From IMG/VR virus record IMGVR_UViG_3300017589_000061, positions 32,001-96,000 of that record: 64,000 nt of DNA. One strand, given 5' to 3'. A model generated the notes under the pieces. It was not told where the DNA came from. It saw nothing but the letters and a program-made list of their open reading frames with translations, and did not search any database. This document shows positions 43,101 to 55,662 of the stretch, one piece after another. Position numbers and translations under genes: made by a program. Position 1 is the stretch's first letter, and each line of letters starts with the position of its first letter. Source of the DNA: a virus.

Positions 43101-45193
43101 TTATGTTATATATTCAAGAGCTTATGGGGATTGTTACCCTTAGTATGTTTAAATACAGGTGTTAAAACAAGAAGTAATGATGATGAAGAATAGAAGAAGT
43201 AATTTAAACGAAACAAGGCTAAATTTAAAAATGACCGCATTTGATTTAAAAATATGAATAATAAAAGGGGAGTAAAATGGATAACCAATTTACAAATAGT
43301 ATAACAAAAAAATTAATAGAAATACACAAAGAAGAGCAGAGGGATTTTCTTACTGGCGAAAAAGATTTATTAGTTCCAAAAAATGAATTTATAGATAAGA
43401 TAATGAAATATGAAAATGGAGAAAGTTATCTTGAAGTAATTTCTATGGAAAATTCTATTTTTGAAAGACAAGGGTTGGTTCATGGTTTTTCAGATGAAAA
43501 TTGGGATACATATTTTAAAATACCTAATTGGGATAATTTTATGAGTGGAGTATATGCATTTTATATAGCTTGTTATGCTGATGAAGATGAAGAAGAATAA
43601 ATTAAAATAAAAGGTGTGTTTTAATATAAAAGGAGATTAAATTATGTTGACAGTTAGGGAAGCATCAATTATATCAGCATATACAGGGGTTTTAATTGGC
43701 GAATTTAGTGACATGTGTAAATATATCGAAGAGAAGTTAGATAGACCAGTTTTTACTCATGAATTAGGAAATAGTGACGTGTGGGAAGAATTAAAAGCAG
43801 TTTGTAAGGAAGATTTTATAAATATTCCAATAGAAAAATAGATAAATTAAAAGGGGTGTAAAAATGCTTTTAGATAAAGAAGATAGATTTTTATTAGTTG
43901 ATGAAGATGGTAATGTAGTTATTGTAACAGAAATAGAAACGAATCATTTATTGACAATGAATTCATCTATGCCAGTAAGAGGTAAATTAATAAGATTAGA
44001 TTATGAAGATTTAAATGTTGATAGTATTGAAGATGTAGAAGTACAATTAAGTTTTTATATAGAAAATATTGAAAATATTACAAAAAGATAAAAGAACTCT
44101 TTTATTACTTATAGTGAAGATTTAGATATTGAAATTTCAATAAAAAAGGAGAATTAAATGATAATAGAAAATGCTTTAATAATGAATATTATGAAAACTG
44201 AAAATGGGCTAGATATAACAAAAGAAATGGTTGAAAATTCCTTAGAGAGTTTTATAAATGCTCCGATAGTTTATAATGAAATGGGTACGTTTAAAGACTA
44301 TAAGGATGAGTCATTTAAAGATTATTTTAAAAAGAATATAGTTATTGGTATGGTATTAAAAAATGTAAATATTGCAAATGATGAAGTTAGAGCTAATATT
44401 TTAATATATGACGGATGTATAAATCTTTGGGCAGATAAATATGATAATTGGTGCATTAAATTAGCTGAAGATAAGAAAAGTTTTACCGTTGATTCAATAG
44501 AAGTATTTTAAATAGAAAGTATATTTTATGGGAGACAAAAATATGGATATGTATACTAAATGTAATAATTGTAAAAAAGAATTAAATATTGAAGATGCAA
44601 AAAAGCAAATTGTAAATAATGGGATTTGGATGAATGAAAAGATAATTTGTAAAGATTGTTATGAAAAAGAAATAAAAAAGTTAATACAACAGTTATGTAA
44701 AACCTATAATTTAAAATATGAAAACTGTTTTACTGAAATAAAAAATAATCATTTGCTGATAAAAACAGAATTAGGTGAAATTAACAAAGAATATTACGGT
44801 ACAGATACTTATTATTTTGTAATAGACACTTATAATAATATTAGATGGATACAAAAAGATGATATAGAATTTAATTTACATAATGAAAATAATAATGCTA
44901 TTGAAAGAATGATTGAATTAATAAAATTTATGTGTGATAAATATTGAAATTTCAACGTTTAAAATTGTAAAGATTATGATAAAATGAGATTTTTATCGGG
45001 AGGGCGAAAATCATGAGTGATACTCATCTTAATGGTAAATATATTAAAAGTATTGATAGAATTGATGACAAAACAATTCACATCAATCTAAAAAATGGAA
45101 AAATTGTAGTGATAAGAGCTACAATGTGTGATTATGATGATTGTGAATTGATTATTAGAAGATAAAATTCAGACTTTATCAGGAGGTTAAAAA

Positions 45194-45508
45194 GTGAATG
45201 CAAATGTAAATGACATTGAAACAGCAATAAGCGAAGTAAAATATCATATGAATGGAAAGTCAGAAATTAGTCCAAAATCTTATAAAATTATTATTGAAGC
45301 TTTAGGGATACAAGTACCTGAACACCCAAGATATAATCATAGTTATGAATATGCTGACATAGATGGGAATAGGGGTATTTGGGTGGATTTTATACATTGT
45401 CCTAATTGCGGGTATGATTTATGTGATGAAGAAGAACCTGAACGTTGTCCAGAATGCGAGCAATTATTGGACTGGGGACTTCCTGAAGAAGATTACTGGG
45501 AGTATTAA
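45194..45508 (+). CDS. Zn-ribbon phage protein
   Basis: CPNCG...CPECEQLLDW; related to 45905-46246. Confidence 0.65.
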   Translation: MNANVNDIETAISEVKYHMNGKSEISPKSYKIIIEALGIQVPEHPRYNHSYEYADIDGNRGIWVDFIHCPNCGYDLCDEEEPERCPECEQLLDWGLPEEDYWEY

Positions 45509-45904
45509 GAGGTGGAATATGGAATTAAATAAACATGGTGTAAATGCTTGCATAAAAGCACACTTATTGCCAGATACAGAAATGAGAAAAATAGGATTTA
45601 CAGATTACAGAGAAGGGTATTGGTATTTTTGCAGAGATTTAGGGTATGAGATATCTTTTAATGTTACTATAAACAAGAATGACGTTGAAGATTTATGCAT
45701 TGATGTTTTGGATGAAGATTTTGGTCAGCCATATGATTATCAAAAATATTTAAAAAACATTCCAGAAAATGAATTTGTGCTTAAAATAAAAGATAAAGTT
45801 GAACATTGGATGGAATATTTACAGACAAATGGTGTGTTGAGTGGACACATTAAAGGCGAGTATATTTAAGATAGAATCAAAAATTTATAAGGAGGTAGAA
45901 ATAA

Positions 45905-46246
45905 ATGGAAATTAAACAATTAATAAATTATTGCGATATGCAAATAAAGCGTTATGAGGACAATATTGAAACACTAAGATTATCGGCTAATCCTACATAT
46001 GATTGGAATAAACATAATATATTTATAGATAAAATACAAAAATACAAAGATTTAAAACAAATTTGTAAAAAACAAATACCTCAAAACCCAATTACATTAA
46101 AGTATCAACCACTTATAGATTATGGTTGGGAACATAGTTGTCCAACGTGTAATTGTGCAGCAGGCATTAATAGTCATGGATATGATTTTACGCAAGAAGA
46201 TAACTATTGTCCTAATTGTGGTCAAAAATTAGATTGGGGAAGATAA
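45905..46246 (+). CDS. Zn-ribbon phage protein
   Basis: KQIP...CPTC...YCPNCGQKLDW. Confidence 0.65.
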   Translation: MEIKQLINYCDMQIKRYEDNIETLRLSANPTYDWNKHNIFIDKIQKYKDLKQICKKQIPQNPITLKYQPLIDYGWEHSCPTCNCAAGINSHGYDFTQEDNYCPNCGQKLDWGR

Positions 46247-46559
46247 TTAAAATCGAAGTTTTAATAGGAGGGAATATGAAAGAATTATTTATGCAAATTG
46301 AAATTTATGAAGCTAAATTAAATAGAACAACTTGTTTTGATAACATTGTAAATATGAAGGTTTTAAATAACAATTTAATTATAAAAGATGAAAATGGCTG
46401 GTCAACAAATATTGAAATTAATGAAGGTATCGAAGTTAAAGTTAATTTTTATAATTTAGATGATGATGAATTTGAAATTTAATTAATAGTAGAATTATAT
46501 TAAAAAAGAATTGACAATTCACAAAACAAAGAATATAATATTACAAAAGGGGTGAAGTA

Positions 46560-47042
46560 ATGGAAATAAAATTAAATGATGTTTATAAATTTAGGTATCA
46601 CGAAGAAGTACGGAATAAAAAAGCGTTTGATTCTTATTGGTGTTTTGATGGTAAATTAATTGTAAAAGAAAATAAAGACGGTTTATATTTACAAGATACG
46701 TACTTGAATAGTGGTGATGATAGACGCTTTACATTAAATGAAGCTCTAAAGCAAGGAATACTCACTTTTATATGTAATTTAGATGATGTTGAAGAAATAG
46801 GGGAATATAATATTCAATATTACAATGATGAAGATGTATTTGATTTATCAACTCAAAAAGGGTGTCGTAAAAAATATTGTATTAAAAAGGGAACAAAACG
46901 TTCAGCAGAAAAAATGAAGAGTGTGTTGAATGAGAAAATTGAAGATTCGGAACGTAAAATAGAATAGTTAACTTCTGATATAAAAAGATATAAAGAAAAG
47001 TTACAAGAAGTAGAAAACGGGAATTTAGATATTTATATTTAA
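46560..47042 (+). pseudogene. Hypothetical gene with possible premature in-frame TAG at 46965
   Basis: Frame continues 24 coiled-coil-like codons (LTSDIKRYKEKLQEVENGNLDIYI) to TAA. Confidence 0.4.
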
Positions 47043-47363
47043 GGTTATATTTATAAAAGGAGTGAAAAGTGAAATAATGACTAGACATAAGTATATGAAG
47101 GTAATAAAACATATTAAAAGATTATTTTGTTATCACAAATGGGATATAGTAGGAAATCCTTATTTGTGGGATTATGGTAAAACTAAAAGAGCAAGTGTCA
47201 GATGTATAAAGTGCAATAAATTATCAGATATTGACATCTTTGATACGCCTAAAAGAAGATTATATTAAAAAGATAAAATAACGGTTTTATCCGAATTATA
47301 GGTCGAAAAAACGTTGAAATTTCAATGGTTATGGAATGTATAAAATTTAAAAAGGAGTAATAA

Positions 47364-48056
47364 ATGTTAGGATTAAATAAATTATATCAAGGTGACACAT
47401 TAAAACTAATAAAACAAATTGACAGTGAAAGTATTGACTTAATAGTAACTGATCCACCATATCCAACAACCAAAAGAGGTATAAGTAAGAATACAACAAC
47501 TGGGGGAATGATGGTAAGCGAATTAGGTAAGCAAGGGAAAATGTTTGAACATAATAATATAAGTCCCAAAGAATACATACCAGAGTTTTACAGAGTTTTA
47601 AAAGAAAATTCACATTTTTATATTATGACAAATCATGTAAATTTACAAGAGATGTTGAATGTTTGTACTGAAAATGGATTTCACTTTATTAAGTCTTTAA
47701 TTTGGAAAAAAGATAATAAAATTATGGGGCAGTGGTATATGTCACAATTTGAATATATATTATTTTTTAGAAAAGGAAAAGCAAAAAGAATTAATAAATG
47801 TGGAACTTCAGATGTACTAGAAGTTGCTAATAAGAAAACTAAAAGTGAGGATGGTAAAAATCTGCACGATACAGAAAAACCTATTGAGTTAATGCAAATA
47901 TTAATAGAAAATTCGAGTCAAGAAAATGACATACTTTTAGAGCCGTTTGCTGGAATTGGTGCAACGTTAATCGCATGCAAAAATTGCAATAGGCAATACA
48001 TAGGTTTTGAAATTGATGAAAGTTATTATAATATAGCGTTTCAAAGATTAAATTAA
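47364..48056 (+). CDS. Beta-class N4/N6 DNA methyltransferase
   Basis: TDPPY precedes HDTEKP and EPFAGIG. Confidence 0.9.
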   Translation: MLGLNKLYQGDTLKLIKQIDSESIDLIVTDPPYPTTKRGISKNTTTGGMMVSELGKQGKMFEHNNISPKEYIPEFYRVLKENSHFYIMTNHVNLQEMLNVCTENGFHFIKSLIWKKDNKIMGQWYMSQFEYILFFRKGKAKRINKCGTSDVLEVANKKTKSEDGKNLHDTEKPIELMQILIENSSQENDILLEPFAGIGATLIACKNCNRQYIGFEIDESYYNIAFQRLN

Positions 48057-48079
48057 AAATATAAATAAAAGGATAAAAT

Positions 48080-48301
48080 ATGGCAAAATTAAAAAATGAT
48101 TGGAGCAACGCATTTAGAGGTAGTTTTGAAACCGAAGAAGATGTGATTGAATTTATTTTTAAAAATTTAGATACAAAAAATTGGGAAGATAGTTATATAG
48201 ATATGGGTGGATATGGCGAACCTAACGAATGTTTCAAACAAACAGTTGGAGATAAGAAGAATTTATTGTATGAGTTTATAATGAGTTTAATAAAACCATA
48301 A
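48080..48301 (+). CDS. Hypothetical protein, paralog of 29044-29265
   Basis: 60/73 aa identical. Confidence 0.75.
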   Translation: MAKLKNDWSNAFRGSFETEEDVIEFIFKNLDTKNWEDSYIDMGGYGEPNECFKQTVGDKKNLLYEFIMSLIKP

Positions 48302-50150
48302 AAGGAATCTTTTAAGAGGTGAATAATATGAGTATAGGATTTAACTGGTTTAAAAGTTATAGAATTGATGAAATAGATTACGGTGAATATGTAGGTATTG
48401 AGTACAATTTGGAATATCTTGATGGATATTCAACTTCTCATAGTGCTGGGAATATTATAAAATTACAAAATATTTTTCAAAAATATTTTAATATAGAAAT
48501 TCCTACCATTGACACATATTGTATATATAGTAAAGAACAAGATTTAAAACTAATAGAACCTAAATGCATGTTTAAAATGTGTGATGAATTATTGAATAGT
48601 GGTAATGATTTACAGGGCATGGAAGATAGAATCGCATGGATTAAAGAATTATCAGCAGAGGGGTATTATGTTAGCTATGATAACACATAGATACTATAAA
48701 AAATCATTTATTGGGAGGTAAAAATGAATAAGATGATAATAAACCCGTCAATAAATTTAAACGAATTATGTTCTTGGTGGGACGACAATGGGAAAGAATT
48801 TAAAATAATAGATTCTTTTGGAGAAGAGTTTGTGACTATAAACAAAGAAACAAGAGAGGTTTATAATTATGGTTATAATGGAATGTTATCTGAATGGTAT
48901 AATGCAAGAATATTAATCGAAGATAATAATTTAGACACTACATTATGTTTTCCACATACTATAGGAAGAATTACATTTTATACGAGACAAGAATTAGAGA
49001 GTTGGGTATTAAGTAAACAAATGTAATTATATTAAAAAGGAGATATAAAATGGATAAACAATTTCAAGTTGATAGAGAAATATTAATGTACGCAATGAGA
49101 TACGCATTAGGCAGAATGACATTTGCACCAATGACAGTAGTTGAAAATATTAAGCACAATATTGATTTATTTTCAGAAGGCGATTTGGAAATATTTATTA
49201 GAGATATTGAAGAACAAGAAAGCTATGGTAGGCAAGCGTTAGGAATGAATTGTGATGTAGAAACATGGTTAAGTTTTAAACAATATTTAAAAGATAGAAT
49301 ACAAAAGGAGTTGTAAACATGGAAAATTTAAGTATAAAAGAAGTAGCAGAATATGTTATTAAGAATCATCCAGAGTCTTGTATAGCATACAATGTAAAAG
49401 ATTATACAAATGAATACGAAGGAATATTAATAGATGAATTAGATAGTTTTTTTACATATGACATAATAGGGATATGTGGCTGTGGCGACCCTGATTTATG
49501 CAAAAAAGATATAAGAGATATTTTAAATATTATTTATGAATATGATAATTCAGAAGATGATTTTAGCAAAAAATATGAAGTAAAGCAAAATAGGTTATTA
49601 GATAGATTTGGATGTATGAGTGTTTATGATAATTCTTTGTTATTGTTTATGGTTTACATATTAGACAATGTGGGATTACTAGAACATGGAAGTGGTATTG
49701 GTGGTGCTTGGATAACAAATTTAGGCAATATGTGTAGAGTAGTATATAATAATTTAAAGCTTGATGAAGAAGATTAAAACATTGCTTTTATTAGGTTGAT
49801 AATAATTCAAAAATACTTTATAATATTTTAAAGGATGTGATAAATTTGAATAAAAGTCATTTTGGTGAATGGAATAGACCTTTAAAATATAAAAGAATGG
49901 TCGAACGTGTAATAGCAGTACAATTATTTGATGTATGGAACACCCCACCAACAAAAGCATATGTTCATTATTATGATGCTGATAATGGTTTTGATATGAG
50001 TAATCCAATAAAAATATATCAAAGAAAAAATGGAACGTATTATGTACAATTTGAAGGGTATAGATTCGATATTGATGTTTTATTAGGAAATAAAGAACAA
50101 TTCATATAATAATATTAACTTAATAAATAAATTAAAAAGGAAGTGGTGTA

Positions 50151-50624
50151 TTGTTAAACGATTCATTGTTTAGTAGTAAAGATCAAGCGTGGGAAACTCC
50201 ACAAGATTTATTTGATAAATTAAATTCAGTTTTTAATTTTAAAATAGATGTTTGTGCAGTTCCAGAAACAGCAAAATGTAATACATATTTTACACCAGAA
50301 ATAGATGGGTTAAAACAAGAATGGAAAGGTAATTGTTGGATGAATCCACCATATGGTAGAGAACAAATTAAATGGATTGAGAAAGCAAGTAATGAAAATG
50401 CAACAACAGTTTGTTTAATTCCTGCAAGACCTGATACAAAAGTATGGCATGAAACAATATTTAAAAAAGCCAAAGCTGTTTGTTTTATAAAAGGAAGATT
50501 AAAATTTGGTGGCAGTAAAGATTCAGCACCATTTCCAAGTGCCTTAATAGTATTCGGAAATGAATTGACAGATGATCAGAGAAAAGTATTAAATGAGTTG
50601 GGTAAATTATACATAGAAAATTAA
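50151..50624 (+). CDS. Phage Dam-family N6-adenine methyltransferase
   Basis: WETPQDLF, DVCA, WMNPPYG, LIPARPDT, GRLKF, APFPS. Confidence 0.9.
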   Translation: MLNDSLFSSKDQAWETPQDLFDKLNSVFNFKIDVCAVPETAKCNTYFTPEIDGLKQEWKGNCWMNPPYGREQIKWIEKASNENATTVCLIPARPDTKVWHETIFKKAKAVCFIKGRLKFGGSKDSAPFPSALIVFGNELTDDQRKVLNELGKLYIEN

Positions 50625-50705
50625 ATTAAAATGATAAAACCAAGATTTTATTATACAAAATCAAAAATTGAGCGTTGAAATTGCAACGAATTTAGGAGGT
50701 AAGAA

Positions 50706-51387
50706 ATGAATAAAATTGAAAATGCAATTATGAATTTAAAATCACTAGACAATCAAGCAGATTTATATGGTTTTCAAATAGATACTATAAATTTAGCAAT
50801 AGAAGCACTTGAAAGGCAATTAAATAATGGTTGGATTCCTACAAAACAAAGATTACCAAATATGAAAGAATGTCAAAAGAATGATTGTAGATTTATTGTT
50901 ACAGACGGAAATAGAGTTTATGGAGATAGTTTTGATTATCTTGCTGATGGATACATAGAACCAAAATGGGTTTATTCGTCAATGTGTGAACCGATAGCAT
51001 GGCAAGAGTTACCTGAAAGATATAAGGAGGTAAAAAATGAATAATGTTGAGATTAAAAAAGCAATATATACAATAGAACATTTTCAAGAACTTATTGGCG
51101 ATTATGAAACCAGAGAACATATAGAGGATTTAATAGATTCAATAGATTTAGCAATTGAAGCACTTGAAAAACAATTAAATGGTGGTTGGATATTATGCAA
51201 TGAAAAATTACCAGATGATATACCACCAGATAATAATTTTGGTGTTGATTATTGGATTACATATTTAGATGAATATAATAATCCTGCGGTTGGAGTGTAT
51301 GAGTGGTTGTGGAATAGAAAATGGAATATAATACATAAAGTTATAGCTTGGCAACCATTACCAAAAGAATACAAAGAATTAAGTTAA
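50706..51387 (+). CDS. Two tandem DUF551-like proteins (50706-51044, 51037-51387)
   Basis: Shared LAIEALE.QLN.GWI...LP...IAWQ.LP. Confidence 0.7.
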
Positions 51388-51667
51388 AATATAAAACGAG
51401 GCTTTATTGGGAGGTTAATAATATGTCAAAAGAAACAGCTATAAATGTTATTAAAGCATTTTTAAATGGTGGCATAAAGGCAGATGATAACGCATTTAAA
51501 GTAGCTTGTAAAATTGCAATAGAAGTAATGGAAGAAAGTCCCAAACAATCTATATTCTCAGATGACCTTATAAATCATCTGATAGATAAACATATTGCTG
51601 AAATTGTAAGTAATAATTAATAATAGAATCTATAATTTAATGATATTTAAAAAAGGGAGAAAATAAA

Positions 51668-52858
51668 ATGAATTATGAATTTGAAAAGAAAAAATTAAAA
51701 GCATACTTAGGAAGTAACATATATAATTCCTTAAAAGCAAGACAATGTATTATAGCTGGTGGTATGATAACAAGTTTATTTTGTAACAGAGAAATAAATG
51801 ATGTAGATGTTTATTTTAGGGATAATGATTCTTTAGAATGTTTTCTTAATGAAAATATAAGAAATAATACGTGGATATTAAGTAAAACAGATAAAGCTTT
51901 ATTAATTAATTGGAATAAATTAAAAATTCAGCTTATATATTTTGATACTTTTGACAACGTACAAGATTTATTTGAAACATTTGATTTTACTGCTTGCATG
52001 GGAGCTTATGATTTTAAGATTGAAGAGTTCGTATTGCATGAAGATTTTATAAAACATAATGCTCAAAGAATATTAAAATTTAATGCTAAAACAGCATATC
52101 CATTGGTTTCAGCTTTTAGACTTGATAAATATAAGTTAAAAGGTTATACAATAAGCAAAGACGAATTTATGAGGATCATGCTAACTTGCTCATTATTAAA
52201 TATTGATACATACGAACAATTCAAAGAACAAATAGGTGGAATGTACGGAATAAATTATGATAAATTTTTAAAGCCAAAAGAAGGCGAGAAATTCGATTTA
52301 TTAGATACCATAGAAAAAATGTCAACGCTGTGTTTGAATGATGAATATTTTAATGGAATAAATACTGATTTTGTAATTGATGATTTTAATATTCTAATAG
52401 CTGAAATTACAAAAAATAAGATAAAATATTTTGAATTCAAAGATAATTATTATATACATACATTTGACGGGATTTCACATATATCAATTTCAGAAATAGA
52501 GAAAAATGTAAATCTTTATGAAAAAGTAGATTTATTCGATAGCATAATAAAAGACGGTAAACTTTATAAATATGTTATGAAGAAAAATAATAAATATTAT
52601 AGCTTTTATGATACAGGTTTTGAATACAAAATAAGCAAAGATATTATTGCTCAAGAAACAAATAGTTTTAGTAATGCAGGAATTTATTGTGGTATGTATG
52701 ATGACAGATTAAGTTTTTCCTATTCATGTTATGATGATTCTGTATTGATAGAAATAGAAGTTAAAAGTGAAGATTTGATAGGAATTGATTATAATGGAAT
52801 GTTTAAATTTAAAAAGGCTAAATTTATCAGAAAAATGGAAAAGGATTCTATAAATTAA
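51668..52858 (+). CDS. Nucleotidyltransferase with CCA/poly(A)-polymerase-like head
   Basis: IIAGG...NDVDVYF...FDFT. Confidence 0.7.
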   Translation: MNYEFEKKKLKAYLGSNIYNSLKARQCIIAGGMITSLFCNREINDVDVYFRDNDSLECFLNENIRNNTWILSKTDKALLINWNKLKIQLIYFDTFDNVQDLFETFDFTACMGAYDFKIEEFVLHEDFIKHNAQRILKFNAKTAYPLVSAFRLDKYKLKGYTISKDEFMRIMLTCSLLNIDTYEQFKEQIGGMYGINYDKFLKPKEGEKFDLLDTIEKMSTLCLNDEYFNGINTDFVIDDFNILIAEITKNKIKYFEFKDNYYIHTFDGISHISISEIEKNVNLYEKVDLFDSIIKDGKLYKYVMKKNNKYYSFYDTGFEYKISKDIIAQETNSFSNAGIYCGMYDDRLSFSYSCYDDSVLIEIEVKSEDLIGIDYNGMFKFKKAKFIRKMEKDSIN

Positions 52859-52947
52859 GTTAAAAATGTAAAGTACATAAAATTTACATTTTATCGTACA
52901 AAACAAGAAAATAAGTGTTGAAATTTCAACAAAAAAGGAGTAGTAAT

Positions 52948-53742
52948 TTGGCAAAGATAGAAAATGATAAATATTATACATCAAAAGAATTAGCTAAATA
53001 CTGTATAGATAAAACATATAAAATTATTGGTTATGACAATATTTCAGAGGTGATTGAACCATCGGCAGGAAGTGGAAATTTTAGTTTACAGATATCTACT
53101 ATTTGTTGGGCGTATGATATTGAACCTGAACACGAAACTATTATAAAAGCTGATTTTCTTGAAAAAGAATTTAATTATTTAGATGGTAGGTTGATAATAG
53201 GTAATCCCCCATATGGTAGATGTTTAAATTTAGCACAGAAATTTTTTAAAAAATCAACTAAATTAGGTGATTATATAGCTTTTATATTACCGATAAGTCA
53301 ACTCAATAATACACAAAGTTTTTATGAGTTTGATTTAATACATAGTGAAGATTTAGGTAAACAAACTTATACTGATAGAGAATTACATTGTTGCTTTAAT
53401 ATTTATCAAAGACCTGAAAGTGGAGAATTGAATAAAAGACCAATAAATAAATTAAAAGACATTTCAATCATAAGACAAGATAGTAAAGGTTATAAAGAAA
53501 AAGATTTTGACATTAGAATGTGTTATTGGGGTGATGGTACAGCAGGAAAAATACTCAACAATGACGAAAATTATTCTGCCGAATATAAGATACAAATACA
53601 TAATGAGCAGTTAAAAGATAGGATAATTGAAGTCTTAACTAATTTTAATTGGAAAGAATACTTGAATTGTATAGCAATGAGAAAAATTCAACAATTTCAT
53701 ATTATTGATGTATTAAAGAAACAAATATCAGAAATAAATTAA
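52948..53742 (+). CDS. Gamma-class amino DNA methyltransferase
   Basis: DKYYT, IEPSAGSG, IGNPPYG; AAGGAG RBS before TTG 52948. Confidence 0.85.
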   Translation: MAKIENDKYYTSKELAKYCIDKTYKIIGYDNISEVIEPSAGSGNFSLQISTICWAYDIEPEHETIIKADFLEKEFNYLDGRLIIGNPPYGRCLNLAQKFFKKSTKLGDYIAFILPISQLNNTQSFYEFDLIHSEDLGKQTYTDRELHCCFNIYQRPESGELNKRPINKLKDISIIRQDSKGYKEKDFDIRMCYWGDGTAGKILNNDENYSAEYKIQIHNEQLKDRIIEVLTNFNWKEYLNCIAMRKIQQFHIIDVLKKQISEIN

Positions 53743-55633
53743 ATTAAAAAGGCAATAAAAACTATGTTTTATGAGAGGTGTTAAAATGAGTAAGATATTA
53801 AAATGGTTTAGTAGCTTAAAAGATTGGCAAGTATTAGTTATTGGTTTGACGTTACTTATAGTTGGTATAACGACAAGTCCATTTGAAGCAGGTGTTTTTA
53901 TGACAATTGAGGAATATATAGAATATACAAAACTTTCAAAAATAGAACAGCAAATCGACTATATAATTAGAGTTATTAAAGGAATTACCTTATTGATGAC
54001 AGCGTTAATGGGTGGTGGATTTATAGGCGAATGGGTGCATAGAAAAACCAAATAAATGTTGCATTTTAAGTCCCAAAAGGAGAATAGTATGTTTAAATAT
54101 TTAAACAAAAAACTTAAATCAATTAAAAAAACAATTATATTTTATATCACTTATTATGATAATCAGCCAAGTCTTTTAGAAAAAGCAAATTTTAAGATAA
54201 ATCAAGAAAAGCCTGATTTTGCTAATCACGAAGGAGACGATTACGAGAGATAAAGTTTATAAATGGTATGAAATTCTTTATATTTAAAGAGTTTTGAGTA
54301 AATTTAAAGGGGTGATAAAATGAATTTAGTTAAAATGGCAAAAGAATTGTTGGATATACATGAAGAAATCAAATATTATACAGGATTTGGTGAATTTAAA
54401 GAAGATGAGTATGATATTTACATATTTGAACAAATGTGGGGAAATACTTCAGGTGGATTTCAAGGTGTAGGCGGATCAGCTATGACAAATCAAAATACAT
54501 ATGTGTTAATACCTAAGTGTGAAGGAAAGTGTTTTGTTTTCTTTGGCGGAATATTTGCTTATAAAGTTCCATATAGTCAGAAATTTATAAAAGATGTAAT
54601 TGACCATAACGTAAAAGGTATACATGGTATGGGAGAGTATTTAAAAAATAACTAAGAAAGGAAAATATTATGGTAGACATTAAGTTTTGTAAAAAAAGTG
54701 GTTGTGACTATTACTTTAACAAAATGGATGACTGCATGTACGGAGACAAAAATTTACCAAAGGATTATTTAAGAATATGTAAAACATCAAGGTACCAAGT
54801 TTATTTAATTGGGAAAGAAAATAAAAAGGAAGGTGAGAAAATGAATCAAACAGTTACAATTACAGGTGAACCAGAACCCTTTGGAAAGTTAATCGTTGAT
54901 AAAGAAGTTTTAATTTATGCTTTATTATGGGCAACAAATATGTCAAATAAATCACCATATAAAATTATAGAAAACATTAGATTAAATTTCGACAAATTAT
55001 CTACTTATGACTTAGAATTTATATCAAAAGAAATTATAGGTAGTGGAAGTTGGAATTTAGAATATGATGGTCAACAGTGGAAAGGATTCTTAGAAGATTT
55101 AAAAAAGGAAATAGAAGGGAGAGAAGATGACTGTTAGAGAATTAATTGAAAAACTTCAGGAATTAGATCAAGACACCGATATATTTATTGAAGGATATGA
55201 GTTTGGTAAAATATCAACATATGATGACATAGATGAAGAAAACTTTTACGTAATAGAAGGTAAAACGTGGAAGTATTAAAAGAGGAATTTTATTAGGTAA
55301 AACGTAAAATTAAGTGTTGGAATTTCAACGTTTAACAAATATAAAAGAAAGGAACATTAAATGAATATTGAAGATTTAAAATTTAAAGAAAGACCTATTG
55401 ATAAATTACATAAAGAATTATTTGAATCATTGCCAGAGTGTAAATATTATAATTTAGGTATAAGTGTGGCGTTATCTTCTTTATATACGATAATTAAAGA
55501 AAGTAAATTAAATTTTAGTAGAGAAGAGTTATTGGAAATTATTAAAATTACAGCAGATCAAAACAAGGATATTCATTATTATTTTTATAACTTAATGGAT
55601 AAATAAATTATTTAAAATTAAATTAAAAAACAC

Positions 55634-55662
55634 TTGACAATGAATTTTGGCTATGTTATACT
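55634..55662 (+). promoter_or_regulatory. SigA promoter
   Basis: TTGACA-17-TATACT; similar promoters at 24414, 37371, 46511. Confidence 0.75.

Larger units (their letters stand above)
25931..55329. repeat. Dispersed 14-bp palindrome (G/A)TTGAAATTTCAAC, 10 copies phased to junction sites
   Basis: 25931, 33863, 42181, 42993, 44128, 44943, 47313, 50674, 52917, 55316. Confidence 0.88.

Noticed and set aside
46965-46967. Genome-wide TAG reassignment
   Set aside because: Many genes end cleanly in TAG next to the following RBS (e.g. 10028, 31492, 39774), and long genes are intact under code 11.
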